From: Octopus sinensis
Taxonomy: Eukaryota
Assembly: GCF_006345805.1 (NCBI RefSeq)
Contig: NC_042998.1
Coordinates: forward strand, 169,508,001-169,572,000
DNA length: 64,000 nt
Direction of reading: 5' to 3'
Below, piece after piece: positions 1 through 13,300 of this stretch (the first letter of the stretch is position 1; each line of letters opens with the position of its first letter). The notes under the pieces were generated by a model, which did not search any database, was not told the DNA's origin, and saw only the letters and a program-made list of their open reading frames with translations. Position numbers and translations under genes: made by a program.

Positions 1-448
1 TCTGAGAATGTTACCAAATACAACAGGCACCTGAAGAAGGCCAAAGAGTACAACAACCAAGCTGTTGACTATAACCACCAAAATAAGGACTCTAGTTTGA
101 ATATATTTGCATATAATAATGATAATTCTTCATCTCAGAAAATCAAATATACATATATCATCATCATCATTTTGTGCCCACTTTTCATGTTGATACATTT
201 ATGTACATATTTTTATATGTATACATACAAATACATATTTCATTCCATAACTTCCATCTCTGAAGAGCACAGGGTTACATGGGCTGTTGTCTAACACTGT
301 TGAACCCCTAACCTAAAACTAATTGCTAAGATCAGCCATAATGGATATATATAATACTGTGCACTTTGATTAATATACCCACTCTGTTGACAAAAGTACA
401 TGTGCATAATTTTTCTTACATATGGATTTTTAGACAGCTATATATATA

Positions 449-751
449 TTGATAAAAATAGTAAGACAACAAAAGAATGAAAGAGACCTCGATATTATGT
501 AAATAGAGGAATTTATCTGTAAATATAATATGTGACAATTATTCGGTGGACATGATAAAACTCCGAGTTTCAGATGCCAAGGTGGAAATCCACACTGCCA
601 TCTCTTCAGTTATCCGGCCATTGGAAAAATGCTATATCATTTATAGCATTTTTCCAATGGCCGGATAACTGAAGAGATGACAGCGTGGATTTCCACATTG
701 GCATCCGAAACTCAGAGTTTTATCATGGCTACCAAATAATTGTCACATATT
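449..751. mobile_element. Head-to-head inverted pLTR-like element forming a ~230 bp palindrome, each arm with a degenerate type I hammerhead
   Basis: Arms ~523-636 and 642-755 are reverse complements around a TCATT spacer. The + arm (664-724) reads GATAA-CTGAAGA-GATG...CATC(C)-GAAA-CTC-A-GAG-T-T-TTATC; the - arm equivalent is 554-614. (TA)n lies at both outer ends. Confidence 0.7.
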
Positions 752-1147
752 ATATATATATATTTCAGGTAGTTTCATGAAATAAAGTAATAGGTACATG
801 GTTGACTTGTTACGTGAGTATAGATCATAAGGATGAAGGAAGTGAGGTGTGCAGTTAGTATCTTACAGCTGTTTCAAAAATATTTGCACAGATGGTACAT
901 TATCCAGCCAAACAAACAGCACCTCACCATATAGCTGTGATCTATTTGCCTCATTAGTACTGCTGTATGACTAGTTACCTTTCAGTTTGCAGGGAAATGC
1001 ATCATCTGTTAATCTGTTCCTGAAACAGTTGCAAGAGACTATCTACATGCCTTCTTTTTTCTTTATGGTTTATCCTCATGTAGCAACTCAGTTCTCATGC
1101 TTAAATATATAAATTTCATAATCTAAACAGATACCAGTTGTTTGCCT

Positions 1148-1195
<48 letters not shown>

Positions 1196-1939
1196 ATTAT
1201 TATATTATTATTATTATTATTATTATCACCATTATTATTATTTCTAATTCTCTCTAAAGAGATGGACTGGCATGTTAACTTGGCGATAACTATTAATACC
1301 CAGTCCTGCTGCCGTAGTCTCCTTTAGAGAAATTTAGAAATAATAATATTTCTATTTTTGAAAACCAGTGGATGTGTTCCACTGAATATATATAAACCTT
1401 TGAACAGACAGTCAACAATGGCGCCTGCTGGGTTCGACTACTCCACATTGATAAAGACCAAATACCCTGAAACTAGTCTCTGGATATCTGAATCAGCATG
1501 GTGAAGTTGATGACTTCCCCTGTTCTAAGGTTATATTGGACACAAGTTTGTGTTTCACATAGCTAGCTAGGGGCAATGGCCTCTTGGAGCTAATCAACGG
1601 CAGCATTCGTCCTATTTTTCTGGACTGCCAAGTTAACTTGGCAATAACTATATGTATATATATATAATTTACAGAAAAATAACTTATATATTGTCCAACC
1701 TGTGGCAGCATTGAAACAGACTTTGATTGATGATGTATGACTTTGATTGATGATGTATCAATCACACAACACAAGAAATTCTGAGTAGTAACGGGGTGAA
1801 AACTCTAAATACTTAATCCATATTGTATAATCCACAAGTATATATGTATGTATTTAGATTCCATAAATATACTTTCTCTCTCCCCTACAATACATTATTA
1901 CCATTATTTCATAGGCAATTGATTATGAACTCTCTTAGA

Positions 1940-2200
1940 TTGAGTTTCCTCAATCTGCACAGACATTCCTCCAATAATCCCTGTCCTCCATTGCCAACTT
2001 GAGAACTAATGCACCCCTGTTAATCACAAGTCTGTCAATATATGTTGTAGCCAGTTAACCTGTGTTCCTGTGACTATGTGTTGGTTTTCAGAGTAACACA
2101 TCTCTGATGCATTTATTCTTGGCTTGGTAGCAGTGCCCAGCAAGATGACCACCTTTGATATCAGGGGAAGGTCTTTATTGGTCACCCTCTGTTGCCATTC
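1940..2200 (-). mobile_element. RTE-like LINE C-terminal remnant
   Basis: AGHCYQAK...LAMEDRDYWR, with in-frame stops. Confidence 0.6.
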
Positions 2201-2584
2201 AATACTCAGTATGTATGAACTAAAATAAAGCTAAATAATTTAATCTTCCTTTTTTTATTGCCCTTTTGTGACATTACTGTTGCTGTTTAACTCTTTTGAT
2301 ACCAACCTGCTTCATACCACCTCTGGTTCTATGATACAAGCTTCTTGTTTCATCATGTTCCAAATACCAACTTAATAATGACAAATTTATTTTACTAAAT
2401 ACTTTATTATTTCAAAAATTAATTAAAACAAAGGCAGTGTATTTCAACAGAAATATGGTAATAAAAGTTAATGATTTAAATATATAAATTATTTCTGCCA
2501 TAAGTTTGATTGTATAATTATTTTAGCTTCAGAAATATATGTTTAAAGATATTTGGGAACAATTTTAAAAAAAAATCTACTGAT

Positions 2585-3370
2585 AGGCGTAGGAGTGGCT
2601 GTGTGGTAAGTAGCTTGCTTACCAACCACACAGTTCTGGGTTCAGTCCCACTGCGTGGCACATTGGGCAAGTGTCTTCTACTATAGCCTCGGGCTGACCA
2701 AAGCCTTATGAGTGTATTTGGTAGACGGAAACTGAAAGAAGCCCGTCGTATACACTTGCGTCAGAAATTAATTAGCACTTCTCAAATTTCTACATTAAAT
2801 AGGTTAAATCAATTAACCTATGAGCTGTTCAAAACGTCTTACGCGATGAGAAAACTTAGTATGGTGTGATTTTGGTCCTTGCGAGGCGCTACCTATATCT
2901 ATTAAACAAAGGAAGAGTCTGCATCTGCACTCCAAGTTGTTGTTGCACTGCTATGTCAACATCATAAGGCTGTAGACTCTCAAACTGCTCTGCAAACAAA
3001 GTTACATCATCGTTCTGCGCAACAGTGAACTCGCAACAAAGCAATAGTTCGAGATATGGCCACTAGGTGACAGCACATACCTTGAGTGAAGAGCAAATCA
3101 AGGGTGCTAATTAATTTCTGACAGTAGTGTATATATATGTATATATATGTGTTTGTGTGTCTGTGTTTGTCCCCCTAGCATTGCTTGACAACTGATGCTG
3201 GTGTGTTTACGTCCCCGTTACTTAGCGGTTTGGCAAAAGAGACCGATAGAATAAGTACTGGGCTTACAAAGAATAAGTCCCGGGGTCGATTTGCTCGGCT
3301 AAAGGTGGTGCTCCAGTTGGCCGCAGTCAAATGACTGAAACAAGTAAAAGAGAGAGAGAGAAAGAGAATA
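2585..3370 (+). mobile_element. tRNA-derived SINE family A (central (TA)n/(TG)n), interrupted by a MITE
   Basis: Head GGAGTGGCTGTGTGGTAAG...GGGTTCAGTCCC and tail GACTGAAACAAGTAAAAGAG. Other copies: ~5693-6050(+), 6720-7550(-), 7965-8340(-), 15605-16030(+), 22070-22530(-), 28268-28672(+), 39180-39605(+), 41130-41530(-), 44100-44290(-), 55900-56190(-). Confidence 0.85.
2753..3129. mobile_element. Tc1/mariner-type MITE nested in the TA tract of a SINE
   Basis: TIRs CACTTGCGTCAGAAATTAATTAGCAC and GTGCTAATTAATTTCTGACAGTAGTG, with TA on both sides. Confidence 0.8.
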
Positions 3371-3396
3371 TCAAATGTTAATATTTAATTGATTAA

Positions 3397-3618
3397 CCCT
3401 TTCGTTACCAACCCGGTTGAAACTGCCTCTGGCTCTGTAGTACAATTGTCTTGTTTTCAAAAGCTTTGAATTAAAATCTTCCACCAAACCTTAGTCACAA
3501 TTTATGTTCCTAACACTAGCTTAATGATAACTAAGTTATTTTACTAAATTCTTTGTTATATTTAAAATTAATTGAAAGAAACACAGAGCATCTCAAAATA
3601 AATACAGTAACAAAAGGG
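3397..3618. mobile_element. piggyBac-like MITE
   Basis: TTAA|CCCTTTCGTTAC ... GTAACAAAAGGG|TTAA; a related decayed copy is at ~2290-2470. Confidence 0.7.
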
Positions 3619-3998
3619 TTAAATTATTTATAATTTCAGAATTAAAAATGATTATTTGAAACAAAAGTTTGATTTGAAAAAGTATTATGAAAATGTTTTT
3701 ATTTATCTATTTATTTATTTATTCTGTTGCTTTTACTTTATATATTTTGTTGTTGCTATTTATCCTATGGGACAATCTCGATGAGACATTTAACACTATG
3801 AGAAGTTTCAAACTTGTTGATGTATTCATTATTATTATTATTATTACTCCACCAGGAGAAATGTTTAGTGGCATTTCATCCGTCTTTATGTTCTGAGTTC
3901 AAATTCTGTCAGGGTTGACTTTGCTTTGCATCCTTTTTAGCTTGATGATATAAGTACCAGTTAAGCCCTGGGATCAATGTAATCAACATTATTATTAC

Positions 3999-4040
<42 letters not shown>

Positions 4041-6190
4041 GGCAGCAAGTTGGCAGAATCATTAGCATATTGGCAAAATGCTTAGCAGCATTCGTCCAGC
4101 TTGACATTAAAACGTTCAAATTCCACCAAGGTCGACTTTACCTTTCATCCTTTCATGGTTGATAAAACAAGTACCAGTTGAGCACTGGGGTCAATATAAT
4201 CAATTTACCCCTCCCCTGAAATTGCTGGCTTTGTGCCAAAATTTGAAACTAATATTATTATTATTATCATTAAGGCAGCAAGGTGGCAGAATTGTTAGCA
4301 CTTCAGGAAAATGCTCAGCAGCATTTCTTCTGGCTTTACTGTCTGAGTTCAAATTCCACCATGGTCGACTTTGCATTTCATCCTTTTGGGGTGGATAAAA
4401 TAAGTACTGATCAAGTACAGGGGTTGATGTAATTGACTTTCCCTTCCCAACAAAATTGCTGGCCTTGTGCCAAAATTCAAAACCATTATTATTATTGTAT
4501 ATTTAACTATTGTAATTATAGAGAATTTACAACATTCAGATTCAAATAAATAAAGAATCCTAAAATAATATCCTTTTTGTCTGTTTTATATTATTCTGAT
4601 AATGTTATGAATTCCTGCAGCAACAGGCTTCAACCTCTTCTCTTAATTTTAAACACAACATACTGTATTTTCTGGCATACAAGTTGAATTTTTCAAACCA
4701 AAATTTACAGCAAGAAAAGGTAGGTCAATTTATACATCAAGGCGATTTCGGAAGACCAAAAGTTCCATGTGAAATGCAGAAGGGACAATCATTTCAGGAA
4801 GTATAAGAGACAACTCCAGATATGTTTTGGCATTATTAGAACTCATAGCATAGACTTCACTGAACTTCTCAAAGTAATGCTGAGTGACTCACATTGTACA
4901 TGTGTAGGCATGTAATATTAGCATATTTAGAAGGTGATGAAGGTTAAGCTTTGCTGAAGATGTTTAATAAAACCAAAATTATTTAAAACATATTAATCAT
5001 AGAAAAAATGCTCTCTATTCCTCATTGCATTAAATAGTTAACACTGACTTAACTATCCTTTATCATAGGAGATTATGTCTCTGCAGAGCAGATTTATGTA
5101 TGGGCCAATATAAGCATTGGATAGGGGTTTCCAAACATTGGAGACCCCTTTAACTCAGAGAAGCCTAAAGCTTGGGCTTTAAATAGCTTTGTAAATATAA
5201 GTTTTTCTCCAAAATGCTAAGAGTAAAAGATGTTTTATATGACACATTCTACCAGTGTCCGAAGTTTGAAAGTGTTTAGTTACAAAAATTTATTTTTAAA
5301 ATCTGTAAGTCAAAAGGTAAAGATCCCATCATTGTTTTAGCAAGTATGAAGTCTTTGCTTTGTTGAAGAGGTTTAATAATACAAAAAAACTGCCCATCAT
5401 TATCTCCCACATTCCCAGAAATGATTAAAATAATGTCATTAAGCCAATTGTATTTTCCTCATTATATAATTTAATAAGATATTTGAAGGTCACTGCATTA
5501 AATATGTTGACACTAATTTCGCTAAGGAAGAATTACTTCGTTAGAAAGTGAAAAGAAATCCAAGAGAGGAAAATGGTTCGACTTAAACAGAGAAAAAGTA
5601 CAGATCATACTTAGATTTGCTTGAATATTTGGTTAATAGATTGATTTAGAAATAAAGTGATGTAATAAAAAGACGATCAATGTTCTGCCTGTAGGCGTGG
5701 CCGTGTGGTTAAGAAGTTTGCTTCCCGATCGCTTGGTTCTGGGTTCAGTCGCATTGCATAGCACCTTGGCCAAATGTCTTGTACTATAACCCCAAGTCAA
5801 CCTTGTGAATGGATTTGGTAGACAGAAACTATAAGGAGCCTGTTGTGTTAGTATTTGTCCCTATCATCGCTTAATAACTTGTACTGGTTTGTTTATGTCC
5901 CCGTAACAGCAAGGAGTAAGTACGAGGCTAAAAAAAAAGAAAAAAGAGACAAAAAATACTGGGGTCAGTTTGGCCGACTAAATCATTCAAAGTAGTACCC
6001 AAGCGTGACCGTAGTCCAATGATTGAAAAAAGAAGCAGATAAAACATGCAATATATATATATATTTTTGCTACCAACATTTTAATTTTGCATTTATTCTT
6101 TGAAGGATTAAATATGTATTCACTTGAAGACCTGGCTGCTCTACTCTGCAGGCAAATACAACCACTATTTCACATCGACGCACATGGCAA

Positions 6191-6206
6191 GATAAGATGG
6201 CAGCGA
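6191..6206 (+). promoter_or_regulatory. YY1-like motif overlapping the ZCCHC4 start codon, in a CpG-retaining promoter zone
   Basis: AAGATGGCAGCG resembles the YY1 consensus AAGATGGCGGC. Nearby sequence (~5650-7500) visibly keeps more CpG than the introns. Confidence 0.4.
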
Positions 6207-6269
6207 ATGTAAATAATAACGATGTAATATTGGACTCTAATGCTGCTAACGCACCACACTGCGCGCATG
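6197..6269 (+). CDS. ZCCHC4: ZCCHC4 coding exon 1
   Basis: [24 protein letters not shown](G); donor G|GTGAG; phase 1. Confidence 0.9.
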
Positions 6270-6986
6270 GTGAGACCATTCTTGACTCAGTAAACTCTGA
6301 CTTGTTTTCTTATAACTACGTTAAGATTTTATTCCATAAATTATGGTCATTCACTAGTAGATCCGATGTTTTCTTTTAACTAGAAATACGCTCATCTGGT
6401 CTTATTGGACCCTTCTTATAAACAGGTGTTATTTGAGGGGACCCCTACGTTGTCAGTCGAACTGCTAAAAATGGCAGTTCAATCTATCAGATTACTCTCT
6501 ACCTTCTTTAAAATTATATGGTTCTTATGAACTTGGCCGGGAAAAAAGATGCGACGTCTAGAAAGACTTGAATGACAGTTTGCTGTTACCAAAAATGACT
6601 TCGAGCTAAACAACACCATGCTTATCTCTCAATACAGTCTCTTCGCTTACCTAATAAAAACTAATTACTTATGAGAATGTGTTTTTAGATACCCACCCAC
6701 ACAAAGACTATTTCATCTTTGATTTTTTATTTCTTTCAGTCAGACTACAGCCATGCTGGGGCACCGCCTTAAATTTTTAGTCAAATGAATCGACCCTAGT
6801 GCTTTTTTTTAAAAGTCTGGTACTTATTCTGTCAGTTCCTTGTGCCAAACCGTTAGGTTACGAGGACATAAACACGCCAACACCAGTTGTCAAGCGGTGG
6901 TGGTGAACATACGCACACTAGCCGGTATAATAGAATAGGAGCTTTTATATTGCATATCTAAAACGTATCCCGTAAAGGAACTGAAA

Positions 6987-7042
<56 letters not shown>

Positions 7043-7340
7043 CAGAATGGGACAAGAAAGCAAAACATCCGGACAACTAGGTGATACAAAAAGGGACAAC
7101 AAAACATCCAGATAGACAATACAAAAAAACAAGGACGGGTCATTAGAAGCTTCCTATCCTCAGTCAAGAACCAGATCATCCTCGCAATTTCGGCTGATTA
7201 ATCTTGACATTGCTCCAATCTGGCCAGCCCCAAGGAAAAACTAAGCTAAGAGAATTAGATTCCTTGGAAAAAAGCATCGAATGTATATGAAAACAGGACG
7301 GCAAAACAGATGATGTTACACGAATATAAATACAAAATAC

Positions 7341-7374
<34 letters not shown>

Positions 7375-10300
7375 GGACATAACAACAGGTGTCTTTCGAC
7401 TGGGGACGAATTGAATTCAGCTGGCGTGTGTTGAAATGATGCCTTATGGCAGAGATACAAAACTATATATATATATATGAATATGTACACGACCTGATTG
7501 GCTTTCAGTTTCCGTCTACCAAATCCTCTCACAGGGCTTTAGAAAATGATAAATGACAAATAGCTATAAGATGCACTTTTGCATGAGACAATGCTTTGCT
7601 TTATTGTGGTAAAAACAAATTTAATATGCTTCATCATACATTCTGCATCCTGTCTGTGACACAGCCATTTTAGATACATGGCAGTTTTTTGTTAAATTTA
7701 AGAATAAAATAAGCACGTCTTATACACTGGAATACGAGGGGTGCTGAAAAGTTCCTGGCTTTAGGTAAAAAAATACAGGAGGATCAGTTAATTATGATTT
7801 TGTCCAACATATTCTCCTCTCAGATTCACATGCTTATTGCATTGGTCTTTCAGTTTTTCTAAGCCCTGTAAAAAGAACTCGGATGGTTGGGCATCCAACC
7901 AGGCCTTCTGCAATACCCTTAAAGCCAGGAACTTTTCACCACCCTCTTGTATATAGTAATATATGTATACTCTTTTACCTGTTTCAGTCATTTGACTGTG
8001 CTCCATCTTAAAGGGATTTTTAGTCAAAGAAATTAACCTCAGGACTTATTCTTTGTAAGCTTAGTACTTGCTGAACTGCTAAGTTATGGGGATGTAAATA
8101 CACCAACATTGGTTGTCAAGCAATGGTGGGATAATAAACACAGACACAAAGACCACACACATACACACATACAACTGGCTTCTCTCAGTTTCCATCTACG
8201 AAATCCACTCACAAGACTATGGTTGACCCAAGGCTATAGTAGAAGACACTTGCCCATGGTGCCATGCAGTGGGACTGAACCGGAAACCATATGGTTGGGA
8301 AGCAAGCCTCTTGACACACTGCCACGGCTGCACCTGTGTTTTAAAAATTTCTGTAAAAAGCTGCTTTATTCTTCATTGCCCTCCCTTCTCAGCACATATC
8401 GTTTTTTAGATTTAATTTTAGTTTTTCATGACATATTTGGAAGATATTCTTTCGATGTCTCTTTGTAGGGCCAACATTACTGTTTGTACGTTACATCTCT
8501 GGTGGTAAATCAAGCAAGAGGTTTTATGCATGTTCAGCTTGTAGAGATCGCAAAGATTGTAACTTTTATCAGTTAGAAGATGAAAAAATCTCTGAAGCGA
8601 AATTGAAAAGAAGAGAAGAATTCAATAAAAGTCAACAGCCACCATTTACACATGAAAACTATCAACAAAGGTAATATATCATCATCATCATTGTTTTAAC
8701 ATCCACTTTTCCATGCTTGCATGGATCAGATGGTGTTTGTTGAGGTAGATTTTCTATGGTCAGTTTCACAGTGAGATATATCCCCCCGACCAAACAGGTT
8801 TTCAGGGAAGACTGGATAATGCTTGCATGATGTTGATATTTGTTTACAACAATCATGCAATGCCAAAGTAATAAGACGTTTTGTTCTTAGTTTCTGTCTA
8901 ACTTAACCTACATAGTCAAGCATTTTTATGTATATTTCTAGAGCCTTCCTTTCATCATACACATGCACTAGGCTCCAATCTGATCTGGCAGTGTTTCTAC
9001 AGTTGGATGCCCTCCCTAACGCCAACCACTCCGAGAATGTAGTGGGTGCTTTTACGTGCCACCGGCACGATGGCCAGTCTGGCGGTACTGGCAACGGCCA
9101 CGCTCAAATGGTGTTTTTCATGTGCCACCTGCACAGGAGTCAGTCCAGCGGCACTGGCAACAACCTCGCTCAAATGTTTTGTTCACAAGTGCCAGTAAGG
9201 CAACACAGGTAACGATCATGCTCAAATGGTGCTTTTTACGTGCCAACAGCACGGAGAAATCATCATCATTTAGCATCCGCTTTCCATGCTAGCATGGGTT
9301 GGACGGTTCAACTGGGGTCTGTGAAGCCAGAAGGCTGCATCAGGCCCAGTCAGATCCCTTCCTAACGCCAACCACTCTGTGAGTGTAGTGGGTGCTTTTC
9401 ACTTGTGTGATGGCCTCATGTGTTGCAAATTTGAAAGAGTACTTGTCAGTATGAGGGAACTGCAGAAAGCCTTTGGCTTGACATAATGGGAGCTAGAACT
9501 GCATGGTTTTCACAACAGGATTTAGCAGAAATAAAATCCTATTCAAAGGTTTAATAGCATAAAGTCAAATAATACAAACTAATTTCCTGCAGCCCTCATG
9601 AATCCAGATAACTATTTTATATTAGACACTCCACTGTCTCTGCAAATATAGTTGGAAACTGATAATTTACAGTTCAGGGAAATTGTTTTTAAGGCTGTAC
9701 TTTAACTTGTTAGTTACTGTCAGTGGTATGTATTTTTTCAAGAAAATATTGTTTCATTTTACAGGTGGATCAATATTCCTTGGATCACTATACATCAATT
9801 TTTTTTTTTTTAAGTTTGGTTCTGTATTTTTATTTTAATGCTTCTTCTAATTGAAGATTGCAAAGATTTTGTGAGAGCCCAGTGGAATCAAGATGTTATT
9901 GTATCGATTGTCAACTCTTGCTCCTTCCTACCGAGATAAAGCAACATCAACAGAATTCTCACAAACTTAAAAAGAATATCACTGACAAGATGTTGTCCAA
10001 CCCAACACAGTTATTTCCTCCTTATCAAAGTAACAAAGTGTATGCGGTGAGTATAAATCATCGTCATCATCACCACCACCATCGCCATATAATTGGGATC
10101 TTTTTGGTTTGAACGGCAGTTTTTAACATAATTTCTAGGTAACTAAAAAATCTTAAACTTCATATACTGGTAGACTGTGTTTATAAAACATCTTTTTCTC
10201 TTGGCTTTATTGAGAAAATTCTATAAAGATATTTGCTGTTTTTTTTCTTCAATTTCTGCAATTTCAACCAATCAATGACGTCCATTGAGTTAAAAAACAT

Positions 10301-13300
10301 TCTGTGCTGTATGAATATGTCCCTTGTTTAAGAAACAGATTGGGTTTATTTACATTTGTGAAGAAAAAAAAATACCCTTCCCCCCACCCCTAACCCTAAA
10401 CCCTAAAACATTGAAATGCAATAGATCGATACTAGGGTGATAATTATGGGTGACAATTTCATATGACACCGCTAGAAAAAACTGCCATTCAAACCAAAAA
10501 AATCCTATAGTTGTCCTTAATGGGACAGTGTAAAAGTGTCATAACGAAATACCATAAGGTGTATTGATTCTGTCAATCCATTGCCCTAACAATAATAATA
10601 GTAATGATAATTGTTTAGGCATAAAACCAGCAGTTTTGAGATGGGTTGGTCAATTAAACTGAAAGCAAAGCTGACCTTTACAGAATTTAAATTCAGAATG
10701 TTAAAAGCCAGAACAAATACCCCGAGGCATTTTTCTGATGCTGTACTGATTCTATCAATCTATCACTCTTATCATTTTTAACATAGGCACAAAGCTCCAA
10801 ATTTGGTGAGAGTGTTTAGTCAATTAAATCAATGCTAGTACTTGTCTGGTACTTAATTTTTTAAATTTCTTTATTGCCCACAAGGGGCTAAACATAGAGA
10901 GGACAAACAAGGACAAAGGGATTAAGTCGATTACATCAACCCCAGTGTGTAACTGGTACTTATTTAATTGATCCCAAAAGGATGAAAGGCTAAGTCAGCC
11001 TTGGCGGAATTTGAACTCAGGATGTAGCGGCAGATGAAATACCACTAAGAATTTCGTCCAGCATGCTTACGATTCTGCCAGCAATTTTATTAATTGTGAA
11101 AGGATGAAAATCAAAGTTGACCTCATCAGGATTTGAACACAGGCATGTTGTCTAACATCCTAACAATTTTGCCTATCTAATTCCTTTGATGATCAGGTTG
11201 ATGATAATAATAATTCTTCTATTATAGGTACAAGGCCTGAAATTTTGTGGGAGGAAACAAGTTGATTACATTGACCCCATTGCTCATCTGGTACTTATTT
11301 AATTGGTCCCATAAAAATGAAAGGCAAAGTCCACTTTTCCATGCTTACATGGATCAGATGGTATTTGTTGAGGCAGATTTTCTATGGCCAGTTTCACAGT
11401 AAGATATTTCTCCCTGACCAGACAGGTTTTCAGGGAAGACTGGATAATGGTGGCATTTGAAAGACATACTGCTAAACTTTTAGTCCAGCATGATAACGAT
11501 TCTGCGAGCTAACAAATCTGCTAATGATTCACAGAGGCAATGACCAAAACCTTTGGCATTATGCTGTGCTTGAGAAGAAGACCCATCAAGCCAAGTGAAA
11601 TCAAAGTCGTGACAGATACTGGTGTCATGCAAATGGCACCCTTGCCAGTGGCACGTAAAAGCACCCATTACATTCTTGGAGTGGTTGGCATTAGGAAGGG
11701 CATCCTGCTGTAGAAACCATGCCAAATAAAACTGGAGTCTGGTGTAGCCCCTCAGCTTACCAGCCCTGGTCAAACTGTCCAACCCATGCCAGCATGGACA
11801 ACAGACATTAAATGATGATGATAATAAAGGCTGCAAGCTCACAGAATCGTTTGAATGCCAGGCAAAATGCTTAGCAGCATTTCGTCCGTCCTTATGTTCT
11901 GAGTTCAAATCTTGCTGAGATTGACTTTCATAGTCAATAAAAAGAGTACCAGCTAAGTACTAGGGTCAATGTAATCAACTTAATCCCTCCTTTGAAGTTG
12001 CTGGCCTTGTGCCAAAATTTAAAACCAATAATAATAATAATAATTATAATGATAATAATGGTTTCAAATTTTGTCACAAGGGTAGTAATTTTGGGGCAGG
12101 GGACTAGTCGATTACATTGACTCCAGTGCTCCACTGGTACTTATTTCATCAACCCCGAAAGGATGAAAGGCAAAGTCTACCTTGGCAGAATTTGAATTCA
12201 GAAAGTAACAACAGGCAAAATATTGCTAAGCATTTTGTTCAGCATGCTAACATTTCTGCCAGCTCACCACCCTAAATAATAGTAATAACAATAACAACAG
12301 TCATATTTTTAAAAATAATATTTATATGAAAATTAAAACCTTCATTATATATGCTTTGTTATATACTTTATATAACTTCTTTTAGCAAACTCCAAATAAG
12401 TTGTTGAAAAAACATCTGCAGAATAAATAATTTGGTAAATTATTTTCTAATTTCTATTTTTTGTGTTTTGTTTAATAAATTTCAGCAATACCATTTTTCT
12501 AGAAGAACTCTTGATTTGCTTAAAACCACTTTTGAACATCAAAATATCACTCACACACTTTGTGTTGGTGTACCTAGGTAAGTGTAACCCACTTCTTTAT
12601 TCTCAATCATCATCATCATCATCGTCCGTTTTCCATGCTAGCATGGATTGGATGGTTCAACCGGGGTCTGGGAGGCCAGGAGGCTGCACCAGGCTTCAGT
12701 CTGATCTGGCAGTGTTTCTACAGCTGCATGCCCTTCCTAACACCAACCACTTCATGAGTGTAGTGGGTGCTTTTTACGTGCCACCGGCACAGGGGAGGCC
12801 ACAATCGGTTGGTGGTTTTACGTGTCACCGACACGGACACCAGTCAGGCGGTGCTGGCATCTGCCTCTTTCAGATGGTGCTTTTCACATGTCACCAGCAC
12901 GGGTATCTTAACTACAATTTCCATTTGATTTTTATTTTGATGTTGGTGTGTTTTTCTATTCTGATATAGATATGATGGGTTTGACATACAACAAATCTTC
13001 ACTTTCATCTTTGTAGACCAATATCATGAGCTCTGACATCTCAACATTATTCCATGTCTTCCCAGGTCACAGGCATTTCTGATTGTCAGCATAACCCAAC
13101 TTTCTACCTAGTGTTCATCTTCCATTCACATTACATATCCATAGCAGTAGTCTTCCATTGTGTATTGAGAAGACCCATCAAGCCAAGTGAGATCATAATC
13201 TTGGCTAATGCCAGTTTTGTGTAACTGGCATGTAAAAAGCACCCTTGAACACTGGGCGATATGCTGTGCTTGAGAAGACCTGTCAAACCAAGTGAAATCA

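Noticed and set aside
850-1045. Apparent exon (YGEVLFVWLDNVPSVQIFLKQL on the minus strand)
   Set aside because: An SV..FLKQL peptide also reads on the plus strand at ~1002-1045, showing an inverted repeat (MITE-like); there is an in-frame stop upstream.
4660-4890. 49-codon minus-strand open frame after a CAG
   Set aside because: It overlaps a pogo/Tigger-like MITE end (TACTGTATTTTCTGGCATACAAG) and has no recognisable homology.
1-6190. Divergent gene head-to-head with ZCCHC4
   Set aside because: No consistent exon chain could be assembled; candidates resolve to repeats.
7140-7200. Hammerhead in the 7040/50877 repeat (CTGAGGA on the minus strand)
   Set aside because: No correctly placed GAAA, helix III or NUH site in either copy.
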